Assembly: GCA_034723315.1 (NCBI GenBank)
Contig: JAYEOV010000017.1
Coordinates: forward strand, 6,612-70,611
Source: Candidatus Omnitrophota bacterium
Lineage (GTDB): Bacteria > Omnitrophota > Gorgyraeia > Tantalellales > Tantalellaceae
Direction of reading: 5' to 3'
Length of the DNA: 64,000 bases
Shown one piece after another: positions 38,914 through 49,095 of the stretch (the stretch's first letter is position 1; each line of letters begins with the position of its first letter). The position numbers and the translations under genes are program-made. The notes below the pieces were generated by a model. That model was not told the origin of the DNA. It did not search any database and saw only the letters and a list, made by a program, of their open reading frames with translations.

Positions 38914-39951
38914 CTTTAGCTTGCGTGTTTAAGTATTAAATGGTATGATGTTTGATCATGGCACGACCTTTACGAATTGAATATCCGGGCGCCTGGTATC
39001 ACGTGATGAACCGCGGCAGGCGAAGAGAGCAGATTTTTTTTGATGAAAAAGATCGAGTTCTTTTTGTGGATATATTAGGAGATTGCACTAGACTTTTTAA
39101 TCTGGAAATACACGCCTATTCGTTGATGCCAAACCACTATCATTTATTAGTACGCACGCCTATCGCGAACCTTTCAAGAGCAATGAGACACCTGAACGGG
39201 GTTTATACACAAAAGATCAATTATCGTCATAAGTATGAAGGCAGTCTTTTTAAGGGAAGGTTTAAATCAATAGTCATAGAAGAAGAATCATACTTTCTTG
39301 AACTATTAAGGTATATTCACAGGAATCCATTAAAGGCGAAGATCGTGGAAAAGATCATTGAGCATAAATGGACAAGCCACAGGGCATATATGATAAAAAA
39401 AGAGCGGCCCGAATGGCTGAAAGTAAATACAGCTTTAATAAAATTCAGCCAGCATGAGAATGCGGCAAAAAGGAAACTGGACGCGTTTGTGCGGGAAAAA
39501 GTACCGGTGGAAATAGAACGTATATTAGATGGAATAAAGTGGCCGGCGATACTGGGCGGAAAGCAGTTTCAGGAAAAGATCAAAGAAAAAATAAAGGGAG
39601 AAAAGATCGACATCAGGGAAGTGCCGCAACATAAAGAGATCTGTAGTAGATTAACCGCGAAGGATGTTGCTGAGGTGCTGGTGAGAGAGCAAAAGAAGTG
39701 GGATGAAAATGTTTTCAGCGGACGGAAGAAGAGGATTTATACCGGGAAGAGACGTGCGTTTGTGTACGTGTGCCGGGAATATCTATATGCGGTGAACAGA
39801 GATATATGCGAAGCTCTGGGAGATATTTCTTCTGCCGCCGTATCGATTTTGTATACGCAAGCCGTGGAAAAGGTGAAAAAGAAAGAGGATTTGTACGAAG
39901 AAGTAAAGGGGATCGTTGATTTGCTAAAGTTAAATTTTAAGACTTGACCCC
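38892..39951 (+). mobile_element. IS200/IS605-like element (about 1060 bp) with perfect 29-bp terminal inverted repeats GGGGTCAAGTCTTAAAATTTAACTTTAGC (38892-38920; reverse complement at 39923-39951), carrying one Y1 transposase gene
   Basis: Both TIRs read directly. The left TIR overlaps the metE stop. The right TIR overlaps the transposase stop and, on the other strand, the stop of the XRE-cupin gene. Confidence 0.75.
38958..39947 (+). CDS. IS200/IS605-family (COG1943-like) HUH Y1 transposase with a C-terminal extension
   Basis: HUH motif SLMPNHYHLLV and a catalytic Tyr region YIHRNPLKAKIV. 330 aa and AT-rich. Confidence 0.75.
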   Translation: MARPLRIEYPGAWYHVMNRGRRREQIFFDEKDRVLFVDILGDCTRLFNLEIHAYSLMPNHYHLLVRTPIANLSRAMRHLNGVYTQKINYRHKYEGSLFKGRFKSIVIEEESYFLELLRYIHRNPLKAKIVEKIIEHKWTSHRAYMIKKERPEWLKVNTALIKFSQHENAAKRKLDAFVREKVPVEIERILDGIKWPAILGGKQFQEKIKEKIKGEKIDIREVPQHKEICSRLTAKDVAEVLVREQKKWDENVFSGRKKRIYTGKRRAFVYVCREYLYAVNRDICEALGDISSAAVSILYTQAVEKVKKKEDLYEEVKGIVDLLKLNFKT

Positions 39952-40503
39952 CCTAATTGCAGGCGGTGCGATAATGCATATCGCCTGGGCCTCGATTTTA
40001 GCTTTGTTTTTAAAGGTATGGGGCAGGGAGGCGTCAAAGTACAGGCTGTCGCCGTTTTTTAACGTGTAGGTTTTATCGCCTACAGCAGCTTCGAGGTTCC
40101 CCGAGATCACGTATATGAATTTTTCCACCCCTGTCTTGTTCTGTTCTTTCTGTGTCTGGCCTCCGCCGGAGATCTTCATCATAAGCGGCATGATCTTTTT
40201 ATCAAAAGTTTTCGTGACAAGCAGCTCGTACTTTGCCTTACGCGTGTGGATGAAATGTTCCGTCCGTTTATCCTGTGAGACCACCTCCACGGTCTTGGAT
40301 TTGTCCTCGATCTCGCGGTAAAGTTCCGTGATAGAAGTGTTAAGGGCTTTACAAATGCGGTTGTGGGAATCGAGGGTGCCGGTCATCTTGTCGTTTTCCA
40401 TGCGGCTCAGCGTGGCAAGGGCTACTCCGCTTTTTCCAGAAAGTTCTTCCAGCGTCATTTCACGTTCTTTACGTAACTGGCGGATCCTTTTCCCTATTTT
40501 CAT
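39937..40503 (-). CDS. XRE-family HTH transcriptional regulator with a C-terminal cupin domain
   Basis: N-terminal HTH (IRQLRKEREMTLEELSGKSGVALATLSRMEN) and C-terminal cupin_2 (GNLEAAVGDKTYTLKNGDSLYFDASLPHTFKN). It is the only convincing minus-strand gene in the window. Confidence 0.8.
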   Translation of the reverse strand: MKIGKRIRQLRKEREMTLEELSGKSGVALATLSRMENDKMTGTLDSHNRICKALNTSITELYREIEDKSKTVEVVSQDKRTEHFIHTRKAKYELLVTKTFDKKIMPLMMKISGGGQTQKEQNKTGVEKFIYVISGNLEAAVGDKTYTLKNGDSLYFDASLPHTFKNKAKIEAQAICIIAPPAIRGVKS

Positions 40504-40655
40504 CGGGCCTCCTTTAATTCACTAACTATTAATATAATATATTAAGTTTCACAAATAATCAAACGTAATTTAAATTATTATTAAAGAGTGGCGCGAACAT
40601 GACCGCGTGTCCGTTGTCTTGTCCATTTATATTACGTATGATACAATTATATTCT

Positions 40656-43490
40656 ATGAGCAAAGACCAGATCTTCGTAAAAGGCGCCAGGGAGCATAAT
40701 CTAAAAAATATCGACGTCCGGATACCGCGGAACACGATCTGTGTTATCACCGGTCTTTCCGGATCGGGAAAATCCTCCCTTGCTTTTGACACTATCTATG
40801 CCGAAGGGCAGAGGCGCTATGTCGAATCATTGTCAAGTTACGCCCGGCAATTCATAGAGCAGCTTCAAAAGCCCCATATGGATTACGTGGAAGGCCTTTC
40901 GCCGACGATAAGCATCGAGCAGCGATCAGGCGGCAGGAATCCCCGCTCCACGGTCGGCACACAGACAGAGATATATGATTATCTAAGGGTGCTTTTCGCG
41001 AGGGCAGGTATCCAGTATTGTCCCAGGTGCGGGAAAGTGATATCGGGACAGAGCTCCCAGCAGATAGTAGATCGAATACAGTCCTTACCTGAAGGCACGA
41101 AGTTGATGATACTGTCTCCTTTGATCAAGGGGCGTAAAGGCGAGCATGTCGAGGTGATGAGAGGGGCGAGGAAAGAAGGTCTCGTCAGGCTGAGAGTCGA
41201 CGGGAAGATCGCGGATATCGGTGACAGTATCCCGGCCCTCAACAAGAAAGTAAAGCACACTATCGAGGCTGTTGTTGACAGGCTGGTCATCAACAAGGGG
41301 ATCCGCACGCGTTTATCTGATTCTGTCGAAATAGCCCTTAAACTTGGAGCGGGAGTTATCATCATTTCGCCGGCGGAAGAAAGCCCCTGGAGTTCGAAAA
41401 GATCAAAGAAACCGGGGGAAAAAGGAAATGAGCTCGCGGGAGATATCCTGCTGAGCGAGCATAACGCGTGCATTGAGTGCGGGATAAGTTTTGAAAAACT
41501 TGCTCCGAGGAATTTTTCTTTTAACAGCCCCTACGGCGCATGCCCTTCGTGCAACGGACTCGGAAACAAGCTGGAAATAGACCCCGAACTGCTGGTTCCT
41601 GACAAAACCGAACCTCTTTTAAGGGCTATCATGCCGTGGAAGAGGGGAGGGAAGGGGATCGTGCTTCATTACCGCCGGCAGCTCCGCAGGCTGGCAAGAT
41701 ATTACGGTTTTGATCATGACCAGCCGTTCGAAAAACTTACTTCCGCGCAGAAACAGATAGTTCTTTACGGGGATGATGAATACGGATTTGAAGGGGTTAT
41801 ACCGAACCTCGAAAGACGTTTCAAGTATTCTGAGAGCGACTTTATCAAGGAGATGATAAGCGGTTTCATGTCAGTCCAGCCCTGTCCCGAATGTAAAGGC
41901 CGGCGCCTCCGGGCGGAATCCCTCAGCGTCTTTGTCGGAGGCAAAGACATAGCCGATATGTGCGCGATGTCCATAAATGAGGCTAAGGATTTCTTTTCGC
42001 GGATCAAACTGGATAAAATGCAGAAGAAGATAGCTGAAGAAGTGCTCAAAGAGATCGGCGCGCGCCTGGAATTCATGCTGAATGTCGGACTCGGGTATCT
42101 TACGCTGGACAGAAGAAGCAATACTCTTTCGGGAGGCGAGGATCAGAGGATAAGGCTCGCTACTCAGATAGGCGCCGGGCTGGTAGGTGTTCTCTATGTT
42201 CTGGACGAGCCCAGCATAGGACTTCACCAGAAAGACAACCAGAAGCTTCTGGATACGCTGGTGGCGTTACGGGACCTGGGGAACACTCTCGTTGTGGTGG
42301 AGCACGATGAAGCCACTATAAGAAAAGCTGACCATATTATCGATCTTGGTCCCGGAGCGGGGGAACACGGAGGGGAGATCGTCGCGGAGGGGAGCCTGAA
42401 AGCCATCCTTAAAAGCGAAAGATCGCTTACCGGCAAATATTTGCGCGGGGATCTGAGGATAAAGGTCCCCCGGAAAAGACGCGGATATGACAGAAATAAA
42501 TGTCTTGAAGTCGTGGGCGCGGCGGAACACAACCTGAAAAACATCAACGTGAAGATTCCCCTTGGTGTCTTCAACTGTGTAACAGGTGTTTCGGGGTCGG
42601 GAAAAAGCACGCTCATTGACGAGATCCTGTACCGGGCGCTTGCCAGGAAGCTTTACAGGGCCAAAGTGAAGCCCGGGAAGCATAAACGGATAAACGGCGC
42701 GCGGAATATCGATAAGGTGATCGTCATTGACCAGTCTCCCATAGGCAGGACCCCGAGATCGAATCCCGCCACTTATACGGGCGCTTTTGACCCGGCACGC
42801 AAGCTTTTCAGTTCTCTTCCGGAATCCCGCATAAGGGGGTACAAGCCGGGCAGGTTCAGTTTCAACGTAAAGGGAGGCCGTTGCGAGGCCTGTCAGGGGG
42901 ACGGGGTAAAAAAGATCGAGATGCACTTTTTGCCCGATGTGTACGTCCAGTGCCAGGTCTGTAACGGGAAACGGTTTAACGACCAGACTCTTGAGATCAG
43001 GTATAAGGGTTATAATATTTCCGAGGTCCTCGACATGAGCGTCGAGGAGGCGTTAACAGTGTTTGAGAACATACCCGCCGTAAAAAGCAGGCTTCAGACC
43101 CTGTATGAAGTCGGTCTCGGATACATAAGGCTGGGGCAATCGGCCACGACCCTCTCCGGCGGGGAAGCGCAGAGGGTGAAACTGTCGACCGAACTGTCAA
43201 AGAAAGCGACAGGCAAAACCCTTTATATCCTGGACGAGCCCACTACAGGGCTTCATTTCGCGGATATTCATAAACTTCTGGACGTATTGCACGCGCTCGT
43301 TTCAGCGGGAAATACCGTGCTGGTGATCGAACATAACCTGGATGTAATAAAATCAGCCGATCACATAATAGACCTGGGGCCCGAGGGCGGTGATGCCGGA
43401 GGGAAAATGGTCGCCAGCGGGACTCCCGAGGAAATCGCGGCCGATAAACATTCCTATACAGGGGCATATCTTAAAAAGCTCTTGATGTGA
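40656..43490 (+). CDS. uvrA: Excinuclease ABC subunit A (UvrA)
   Basis: Two ABC ATPase modules ([15 protein letters not shown]; [11 protein letters not shown]), zinc fingers (CPRCGK...; CEACQGDG) and ABC signature motifs LSGGE twice. The start is the ATG at 40656 ([19 protein letters not shown]). Confidence 0.95.
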   Translation: MSKDQIFVKGAREHNLKNIDVRIPRNTICVITGLSGSGKSSLAFDTIYAEGQRRYVESLSSYARQFIEQLQKPHMDYVEGLSPTISIEQRSGGRNPRSTVGTQTEIYDYLRVLFARAGIQYCPRCGKVISGQSSQQIVDRIQSLPEGTKLMILSPLIKGRKGEHVEVMRGARKEGLVRLRVDGKIADIGDSIPALNKKVKHTIEAVVDRLVINKGIRTRLSDSVEIALKLGAGVIIISPAEESPWSSKRSKKPGEKGNELAGDILLSEHNACIECGISFEKLAPRNFSFNSPYGACPSCNGLGNKLEIDPELLVPDKTEPLLRAIMPWKRGGKGIVLHYRRQLRRLARYYGFDHDQPFEKLTSAQKQIVLYGDDEYGFEGVIPNLERRFKYSESDFIKEMISGFMSVQPCPECKGRRLRAESLSVFVGGKDIADMCAMSINEAKDFFSRIKLDKMQKKIAEEVLKEIGARLEFMLNVGLGYLTLDRRSNTLSGGEDQRIRLATQIGAGLVGVLYVLDEPSIGLHQKDNQKLLDTLVALRDLGNTLVVVEHDEATIRKADHIIDLGPGAGEHGGEIVAEGSLKAILKSERSLTGKYLRGDLRIKVPRKRRGYDRNKCLEVVGAAEHNLKNINVKIPLGVFNCVTGVSGSGKSTLIDEILYRALARKLYRAKVKPGKHKRINGARNIDKVIVIDQSPIGRTPRSNPATYTGAFDPARKLFSSLPESRIRGYKPGRFSFNVKGGRCEACQGDGVKKIEMHFLPDVYVQCQVCNGKRFNDQTLEIRYKGYNISEVLDMSVEEALTVFENIPAVKSRLQTLYEVGLGYIRLGQSATTLSGGEAQRVKLSTELSKKATGKTLYILDEPTTGLHFADIHKLLDVLHALVSAGNTVLVIEHNLDVIKSADHIIDLGPEGGDAGGKMVASGTPEEIAADKHSYTGAYLKKLLM

Positions 43491-43613
43491 CAGTTTTATT
43501 TTGATAACATAATTCCGGGCCTTATCACATAATCAAGATATAATTGGCCCATAAGCTTTCCTTGACCCCGATTGAATCCGGCAAGCTATTCAACAATAAA
43601 AAGGTACCTATAC

Positions 43614-46076
43614 ATGAGTGGTATGCGTTCGAAAAGTATCATATTTGCGGTGAGCGCGTTTTTTCTGCTTCAGTGCCTCACCTTGAAGGCGGAAGGCAAA
43701 TTCATGCAATCCGAACTTGACTTTGCCAGGAAAGCGGTCAAGGATGGATTTTACGATCTCGCGGAAAGCAAGTTGAATTCACTTCTTGTCCTGAATATCC
43801 CAAGGGATGTGGAAGGAGAAGCGCGGTTGCTGCTGGGCAGGGTCTATTATGAAAAGTCCCGCTCCGCGAAGGCTCTCACGGAATTTAACATTCTGCTCGA
43901 GAGATTCAGGGACGGGCCTCTCGCGGCGGGCGCAACTTACTGGGTGGCAGAGGTTTATTTCAAGGAGGGGAATTACGAGCAGGCCTTGAAATATTACCAA
44001 CTTGTCATAGAGTCTTTTCCCGCCAGCGAATACGTTCCTTATTCTCATTATTCCCAGGCGTGGTGTTATGAGAAGCTTGGTGAGCAAACGGCGGCGGTCG
44101 AGGCTTTTCGCGAAGTAGCCAGGCTGTACCCTGCGGGCGAACTGGCGGTGAAGGCGAAATATAAAATAGCGGGGCTGCTTTACAGGTCTGGTCAGTATAG
44201 CGAGGCGATTGCAGAGTTGAAGGACTTTACCGGCAAGTATCCCGTGAACGAACATATATTCGACGCGTATTACATTTTTGGGGATTGTTATTATAAGCTG
44301 GGGGATTATCCCGAAGCGATCGAGAATTTAAAGAGTTCGCTGCAGGGAAGTTTGGATAAGCCCTGGAGGGCGGTTGCCGAATATAAACTGGCCAAGTCGT
44401 ATATGAGTGAAAAGGAGATGGACGCGGCCTTCGAGTATTTCCAGAAAGCCCTGGAAGACAGCGCCGATCCCGGGATAAAGAGCGCCGCGCTTATGGGAAC
44501 AGCAAGGATACATCTTGAGAGAGGGGAGAGAGATCAAGCGTTAGCGGCGTATAACAAAATAATAAAAGAGATCCCGGAGAATGAATGGACCGATGACGCG
44601 TATTACTGGATGGGTGACGCCCTGTATAAAGGCGGGAGTATGCGGAATACGATCCTGTTGTACCGGGAGGCGCTGGAAAAGTTCCCTGACGGCAGGTATT
44701 CGGCTGAGATGCATTATAATCTCGGATGGGCTTACCTCGGGGCGCGTGAAGAAGATAACGCGTTGAGGGAATTTGATAAAACGGTCGAGTTGTCCGATAG
44801 TGAAGACCTGGTTGTGAGCGCGTTGTGCGGTATCGGGGATATCTTTCAGGGGCGTGGAAAAAATGAGTTGGCCGTTGATATGTACGATAGAGTGCTCATG
44901 GAGTTTCCCCACAGCATTATGGCGGATTACGCTCAGTATGAGGTTGGATCCATCATGGACAAGATGGACAGGGACGATGCGGCCATACTTGCGTTTCGGT
45001 CTCTTGTAGTGAACTTTTCGAAGTCAAGCCTGCTGGACAAGGCGCATTATCAGCTGGGAATGCTTTACGCTCAAAGAGGGGATTACGAGTCGTCGATAAG
45101 ACAGTTTGAACGGGTGATAGAGGATTTTCCCGGCAGCAGCCTCCATGGGGAAGCGACGCTTCAGAAGGCCAATTCATTTTTTAATAACAGGGATTACGGT
45201 AGAGCCGCCAGGATGTACGAGAAGATAATACGCAAATTCGAAGATAAAAACCTGGTGTTGAGGGCGCGCTATTATCTCGGACGCGCTTATTACAAGATGG
45301 GAAAAGAGAACAAGGCGCTTGAGACCTACAAATGGATATTAGCCGAAGGCGGCGCGAACCGTTTCATTCCCGGGATCAAGTTATGGTTCGGCGAATATTA
45401 TTACGAGAAAGGGGATTTTGAAAAAGCGCGGAAATATTTTTCTGAAATAATCGAAGAATTCCCGGAAAGCCCTTTTTCTGACGATGCTTCTTACTGGCTG
45501 GGGTGGACGCTGTATGACAATAACATGGCAAGCCAGAGCCTGGCGCAGTTTGAGAAGATAGTGAAACAGCGTTTGAACAGCAAGTGGACCCCGCAGGCGA
45601 TACTGGCCCTTGGTGATATCTACAAGAAAAGCGGGGAGTACGAAAAGGCCATATCGCAGTATGAGATTCTCATAAGGAAATATCCGGATAGCGAAATTAC
45701 CAACATCGCGAATAACCGGATAGGGGTGATATTAAAGGTCCAGGACAAGCATGCCCTCGCGGTTGAATATTTCAAGATCGCCCTTACGGGCGAGAACTCT
45801 GAAATGAACTCGCAGCTGCAGTTCGATATAGCCGAGTGCTATGAAAAAATGGGCTGGGAAAAAGAGGCAATAGAGGGGTATCTTAAGGTTGAATACAAGT
45901 ATCCCCGCGGGGAATTCTGGGTGACCAGAGCGCGCCTTAAATGCGCGGAACTCCTTGAAAAACGGGGAGAGAAAGAGAGGGCTTATAAACTGTATTATAA
46001 GCTTTCCGAGGGGACAGGGCAGGAAGCGGAATACGCGAAGGAGAAGATAAGGTTTCTGAAGAGATATGCCAGGTGA
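43614..46076 (+). CDS. Large secreted tetratricopeptide-repeat (TPR) protein
   Basis: Signal peptide (MSGMRSKSIIFAVSAFFLLQCLTLKA), then about 20 tandem TPR-like 34-residue repeats (recurrent W-LG-Y, A---Y----FP-S patterns), resembling YbgF/TolA-associated TPR proteins. Confidence 0.75.
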   Translation: MSGMRSKSIIFAVSAFFLLQCLTLKAEGKFMQSELDFARKAVKDGFYDLAESKLNSLLVLNIPRDVEGEARLLLGRVYYEKSRSAKALTEFNILLERFRDGPLAAGATYWVAEVYFKEGNYEQALKYYQLVIESFPASEYVPYSHYSQAWCYEKLGEQTAAVEAFREVARLYPAGELAVKAKYKIAGLLYRSGQYSEAIAELKDFTGKYPVNEHIFDAYYIFGDCYYKLGDYPEAIENLKSSLQGSLDKPWRAVAEYKLAKSYMSEKEMDAAFEYFQKALEDSADPGIKSAALMGTARIHLERGERDQALAAYNKIIKEIPENEWTDDAYYWMGDALYKGGSMRNTILLYREALEKFPDGRYSAEMHYNLGWAYLGAREEDNALREFDKTVELSDSEDLVVSALCGIGDIFQGRGKNELAVDMYDRVLMEFPHSIMADYAQYEVGSIMDKMDRDDAAILAFRSLVVNFSKSSLLDKAHYQLGMLYAQRGDYESSIRQFERVIEDFPGSSLHGEATLQKANSFFNNRDYGRAARMYEKIIRKFEDKNLVLRARYYLGRAYYKMGKENKALETYKWILAEGGANRFIPGIKLWFGEYYYEKGDFEKARKYFSEIIEEFPESPFSDDASYWLGWTLYDNNMASQSLAQFEKIVKQRLNSKWTPQAILALGDIYKKSGEYEKAISQYEILIRKYPDSEITNIANNRIGVILKVQDKHALAVEYFKIALTGENSEMNSQLQFDIAECYEKMGWEKEAIEGYLKVEYKYPRGEFWVTRARLKCAELLEKRGEKERAYKLYYKLSEGTGQEAEYAKEKIRFLKRYAR

Positions 46077-46154
46077 ACCCTGTAAGCCTGACACCTATAA
46101 AATTTTAGCTTCACTTTGTTCACTAAGTGATGAACTCATTAAAGGAGGATAGCA

Positions 46155-46787
46155 ATGTGGGATCTGACAGTTAAAGGCGGGCCATTGATGTTTCTCATAC
46201 TTGTATGTTCGGTCATAGCGTTTGCCGTGATTGTCGAAAGGTTATGGCACCTGAGGCGAGCCAAGATCAATACTGAAGAGTTTGTGGAAGATATCGCTGA
46301 GACATTGAAGAGAAACAAGATCATGGATGCCATAGATAAGTGTAACGCTAAGCCTGGGCCTATAGCGCAGATACTCAAGGCGGGAATATTGAAGCACGAC
46401 CGGCCGAGGGTTGAGATAAAAGAGGCAGTGGAAGATGCCGGCCTGCACGAGGTGCCCCGTCTTGAGAAGAATCTCGGTGTCCTGGCGACTATCGCCCACA
46501 TTTCGCCTCTTCTCGGCCTGCTGGGGACGGTAACGGGCATGGTGAGGTCGTTCCAGGTCATCGAGCAAAAAGCTATCGCGCTCGTTCCCGTGAACCCCGG
46601 GGACCTGGCTGGAGGTATCTGGGAAGCGCTGATAACGACGGTAGCCGGCCTGGCAGTAGCGATACCGACATACGTCGCGTATAACTTTCTTGTGACGAAG
46701 GTCGACGGCTTCGTGCTGGAGATGGAGAAAAGTGCCACGGATCTTATAAACGTCCTCGGGACAAAAAGGGAAGAAGATGAAATTTAA
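46155..46787 (+). CDS. MotA/TolQ/ExbB-family proton channel
   Basis: Three-TM architecture with the conserved GLLGTVTGM and ALITTVAGLAVAIP regions. Confidence 0.85.
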   Translation: MWDLTVKGGPLMFLILVCSVIAFAVIVERLWHLRRAKINTEEFVEDIAETLKRNKIMDAIDKCNAKPGPIAQILKAGILKHDRPRVEIKEAVEDAGLHEVPRLEKNLGVLATIAHISPLLGLLGTVTGMVRSFQVIEQKAIALVPVNPGDLAGGIWEALITTVAGLAVAIPTYVAYNFLVTKVDGFVLEMEKSATDLINVLGTKREEDEI

Positions 46788-47169
46788 GCGGAAAGTTTTT
46801 CTTGAAAAGGGCCGTCTTGATATAGCCCCGCTTATAGACGTGGTGTTTCTTCTGCTGATCTTTTTTATGCTTACGTCGAGTTTTATTTTCCAGCCCGGCA
46901 TAAGAGTGAACCTTCCGAGGGCGGTAACAAGCGAGGTCCTGCACAGGGAACTGCTTATACTGACAGTCACGGAAGGTAACGAAGTTTTTTTGAACGAAAG
47001 GCCCGTAAGCGGTGATGAGCTGGTTTCACGCATTACCATTGCGGCGCGCGATAATCAGCCGCTCCTGATAAGGGCGGATAAAAAAGCCGATATGGGTAAA
47101 GTGATCGAGGTCTGGGATATTTGTCGCCAGGTCGATATAAAGCAGATCAATATCGCTACTACGCAGTGA
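46777..47169 (+). CDS. ExbD/TolR-family biopolymer transport protein
   Basis: DIAPLIDVVFLLLIFFMLTS, a single TM helix plus periplasmic domain. It overlaps the exbB stop. Confidence 0.85.
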   Translation: MKFKRKVFLEKGRLDIAPLIDVVFLLLIFFMLTSSFIFQPGIRVNLPRAVTSEVLHRELLILTVTEGNEVFLNERPVSGDELVSRITIAARDNQPLLIRADKKADMGKVIEVWDICRQVDIKQINIATTQ

Positions 47170-47183
47170 TGGGTGATGGGTTA

Positions 47184-47300
47184 TGCAACCTTGGGGACAT
47201 GCAACCTTGGGGATAAACCTTGGGGACATTCCTGAAGGGGACACACCTCAAGTAGAAAAATGGTAATATTGGGCATAAAAGCTGAAGTTCTGGGGACACG
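47184..47300 (+). repeat. Array of GGGGACA-containing short repeats: (T)GCAACCTTGGGGA(C/T)A x2, AACCTTGGGGACAT, GAAGGGGACACA, TTCTGGGGACACG, and an inverted copy CATGTCCCCAGA at 47333-47345
   Basis: Read directly in the exbD to tonB-like intergenic region. Confidence 0.7.
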
Positions 47301-47315
47301 CTTGTTGTAGACGAC

Positions 47316-48050
47316 ATGAGGGGGCGCCCAAGCATGTCCCCAGAATATACTGATATTATGATAAGTAGGAATTTGAGGATAGCACTTCTTGTATCACTGG
47401 GAGCCCATGTTCTCGCTATGTCCGCGGTTACCATTATCACTCCGGATGATGTCGAAAGGATGCGTCCGTATTCACGCATTGATTTCCTGGGGCCCATTCT
47501 GAGGAAAACGGCTTTCGATATCATGCTGGAGAGCGTGCATCCCGCCGCGAAGACCACTTACAGCTACGCGATTTACGGCCCCCAGAGCGGATATTTGAAA
47601 GTTGTTGCTTCCAAGAGGGAATCGGGGCTGCGCGAGTTTCCCCCGTATCTGGAAAACAACATGGATGCTCTTGTGTTTGATTTTTTAAGGGGTTCAAAGG
47701 TCGTGCCTGATATCTTTCCGGGTTTCAAAGAGGATGGCCTTCCGCTGTCCAAGTGGAATGATGTTTTAACGGAAGAAGAGGGGGAAAGAAAGGTAATTTA
47801 CAGACCCGAACCTCCCTACATAATGAGAGGCCTTTACGGGGATAACATAACTTTCAGGGTCAGAGTAACCGTCCTGATAGGGGCCGACGGGAAGGTCAGG
47901 AAAACCGAACCGTTGACCACCACGGGATATCCCCAGATTGACCTGCTGGTTTCAAAGTACGTAAAGGGCTGGATCTTTGAACCGAAGAAAGGGCCGGCAG
48001 CGGGGGATGAATGGCGTGATGTTGTTGTGGTCCTGACCGCCGGGTATTGA
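47316..48050 (+). CDS. TonB/TolA-like energy-transducer family protein (assignment based on context and C-terminal domain)
   Basis: N-terminal TM anchor (LRIALLVSLGAHVLAMSAVTII), a linker, and a C-terminal beta-rich domain (ITFRVRVTVLIGADGKVRKTEPLTTTGYPQIDLLVSKYVKGWIFEPKK) resembling the TonB C-terminal fold. It follows exbB-exbD. Confidence 0.5.
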   Translation: MRGRPSMSPEYTDIMISRNLRIALLVSLGAHVLAMSAVTIITPDDVERMRPYSRIDFLGPILRKTAFDIMLESVHPAAKTTYSYAIYGPQSGYLKVVASKRESGLREFPPYLENNMDALVFDFLRGSKVVPDIFPGFKEDGLPLSKWNDVLTEEEGERKVIYRPEPPYIMRGLYGDNITFRVRVTVLIGADGKVRKTEPLTTTGYPQIDLLVSKYVKGWIFEPKKGPAAGDEWRDVVVVLTAGY

Positions 48051-48054
48051 TCCG

Positions 48055-48315
48055 ATGATAAAACTTGATATCTCCATGGCGATCTTTCTATACCTGCTGT
48101 TTACGGCGGTGTTGATCCTCATAGTGTGGTCTTTTTTCGATTTCGGCACAAAACTGAGGACTTTCAGTTCGGACGAGAAATATATCTGGCATTGTAACAT
48201 TTGCGCGCTTACGTATATCGACAGCCGGCATGATGAAGTCTCGAGATGTCCGAGATGCGGCAGCTATAACCAGAGACTGACAAAAAAAGATTTTCCGAAA
48301 GGCAGAGAGACATAG
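48055..48315 (+). CDS. Small membrane protein with a C-terminal zinc ribbon (CxxC...CxxC)
   Basis: N-terminal TM helix (IFLYLLFTAVLILIVWSFF) and HCNICALTY...CPRCGSYNQ. Confidence 0.45.
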   Translation: MIKLDISMAIFLYLLFTAVLILIVWSFFDFGTKLRTFSSDEKYIWHCNICALTYIDSRHDEVSRCPRCGSYNQRLTKKDFPKGRET

Positions 48316-48376
48316 AAAAATAAAGAAGAAAAAAGAACGGTCCGGCGACCGAAAACTCGGGAAAGGAGGTGGACAC

Positions 48377-48592
48377 ATGATTACAAGGATAGGGCTTATA
48401 GCGGGAGACATATGGAGTTATCTGGAGGGCCATAAAAAGATGGCCCGGATGGATGATGTTATCAGTGAATTGGAGAAAGACAGGGATCTGGTATTGATGA
48501 GCATAGGATGGCTGGCCAGGGAAGGGCATATCATCCTGGAGGGAGATAGCCCGAACTATACTTTAAAACTGAAAAACTCGGGAGGGAACTAA
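48377..48592 (+). CDS. Small winged-helix protein (DUF2582-like)
   Basis: 71 aa. The pattern IAGDIWSYLEGHKKMARMDDVISELEKDRDLVLMSIGWLAREGHIILE resembles the DUF2582 wHTH family. Confidence 0.45.
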   Translation: MITRIGLIAGDIWSYLEGHKKMARMDDVISELEKDRDLVLMSIGWLAREGHIILEGDSPNYTLKLKNSGGN

Positions 48593-48918
48593 TGGTTGAA
48601 GACATTTCAAAAGAACCCAACGTTCAGGATGAGGAGAGGGTTCAGGCGCTGCCTGTCGTTGAGGGAGAAGAGGGCGAGGAGAGAGTGCCCATAAAGGACC
48701 CCTTGAGGGTGCTGAAATTCCGCACCATAAACAAAAAATTCGGCTGGTGGGCGGCGGTGGTCTTGCTCGAGAGTTACGCGAAAAAACAGATCTGTTTTTA
48801 TTTGTGGCAGAAAAAGGATGAGGGTTGGAAGCGCAAACAGAAGTTCGGAATACATTCAAGGGAAGACTGGCAGATGATGAAAAAATCTGTTGAAGCTTTC
48901 ATCGGCGAGTTGACCTGA
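48592..48918 (+). CDS. Hypothetical protein
   Basis: 108 aa ORF translationally coupled (ATGG overlap) to the preceding gene, with an acidic N-terminus and W-rich core. No recognisable domain. Confidence 0.4.
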   Translation: MVEDISKEPNVQDEERVQALPVVEGEEGEERVPIKDPLRVLKFRTINKKFGWWAAVVLLESYAKKQICFYLWQKKDEGWKRKQKFGIHSREDWQMMKKSVEAFIGELT

Positions 48919-48988
48919 CCCTGATGCTCAGGGAGCGAAAACAAAAAGAAGCCCGGAGCGATACAGGGCAAAAAGTTTTTCAGATTCC

Positions 48989-49048
48989 AATGCCTTGTTA
49001 AACGAATAAGGTTATGATTATCAATGCGACATTATTTACTTAACGCTC
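48989..49048 (-). repeat. About 60-bp imperfect-palindrome element, copy B (inverted relative to copy A at 21486-21544)
   Basis: The reverse complement reads ggagCGTTAAGTAAATAATGTCGCATTGATAATCATAACCTTATTCGTTTAACAAGGCATT, about 95% identical to copy A. Confidence 0.75.
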
Positions 49049-49095
49049 CACTAGATTACATTTTTTCATTTTAAATTCCGCACTTTTAATTAATT

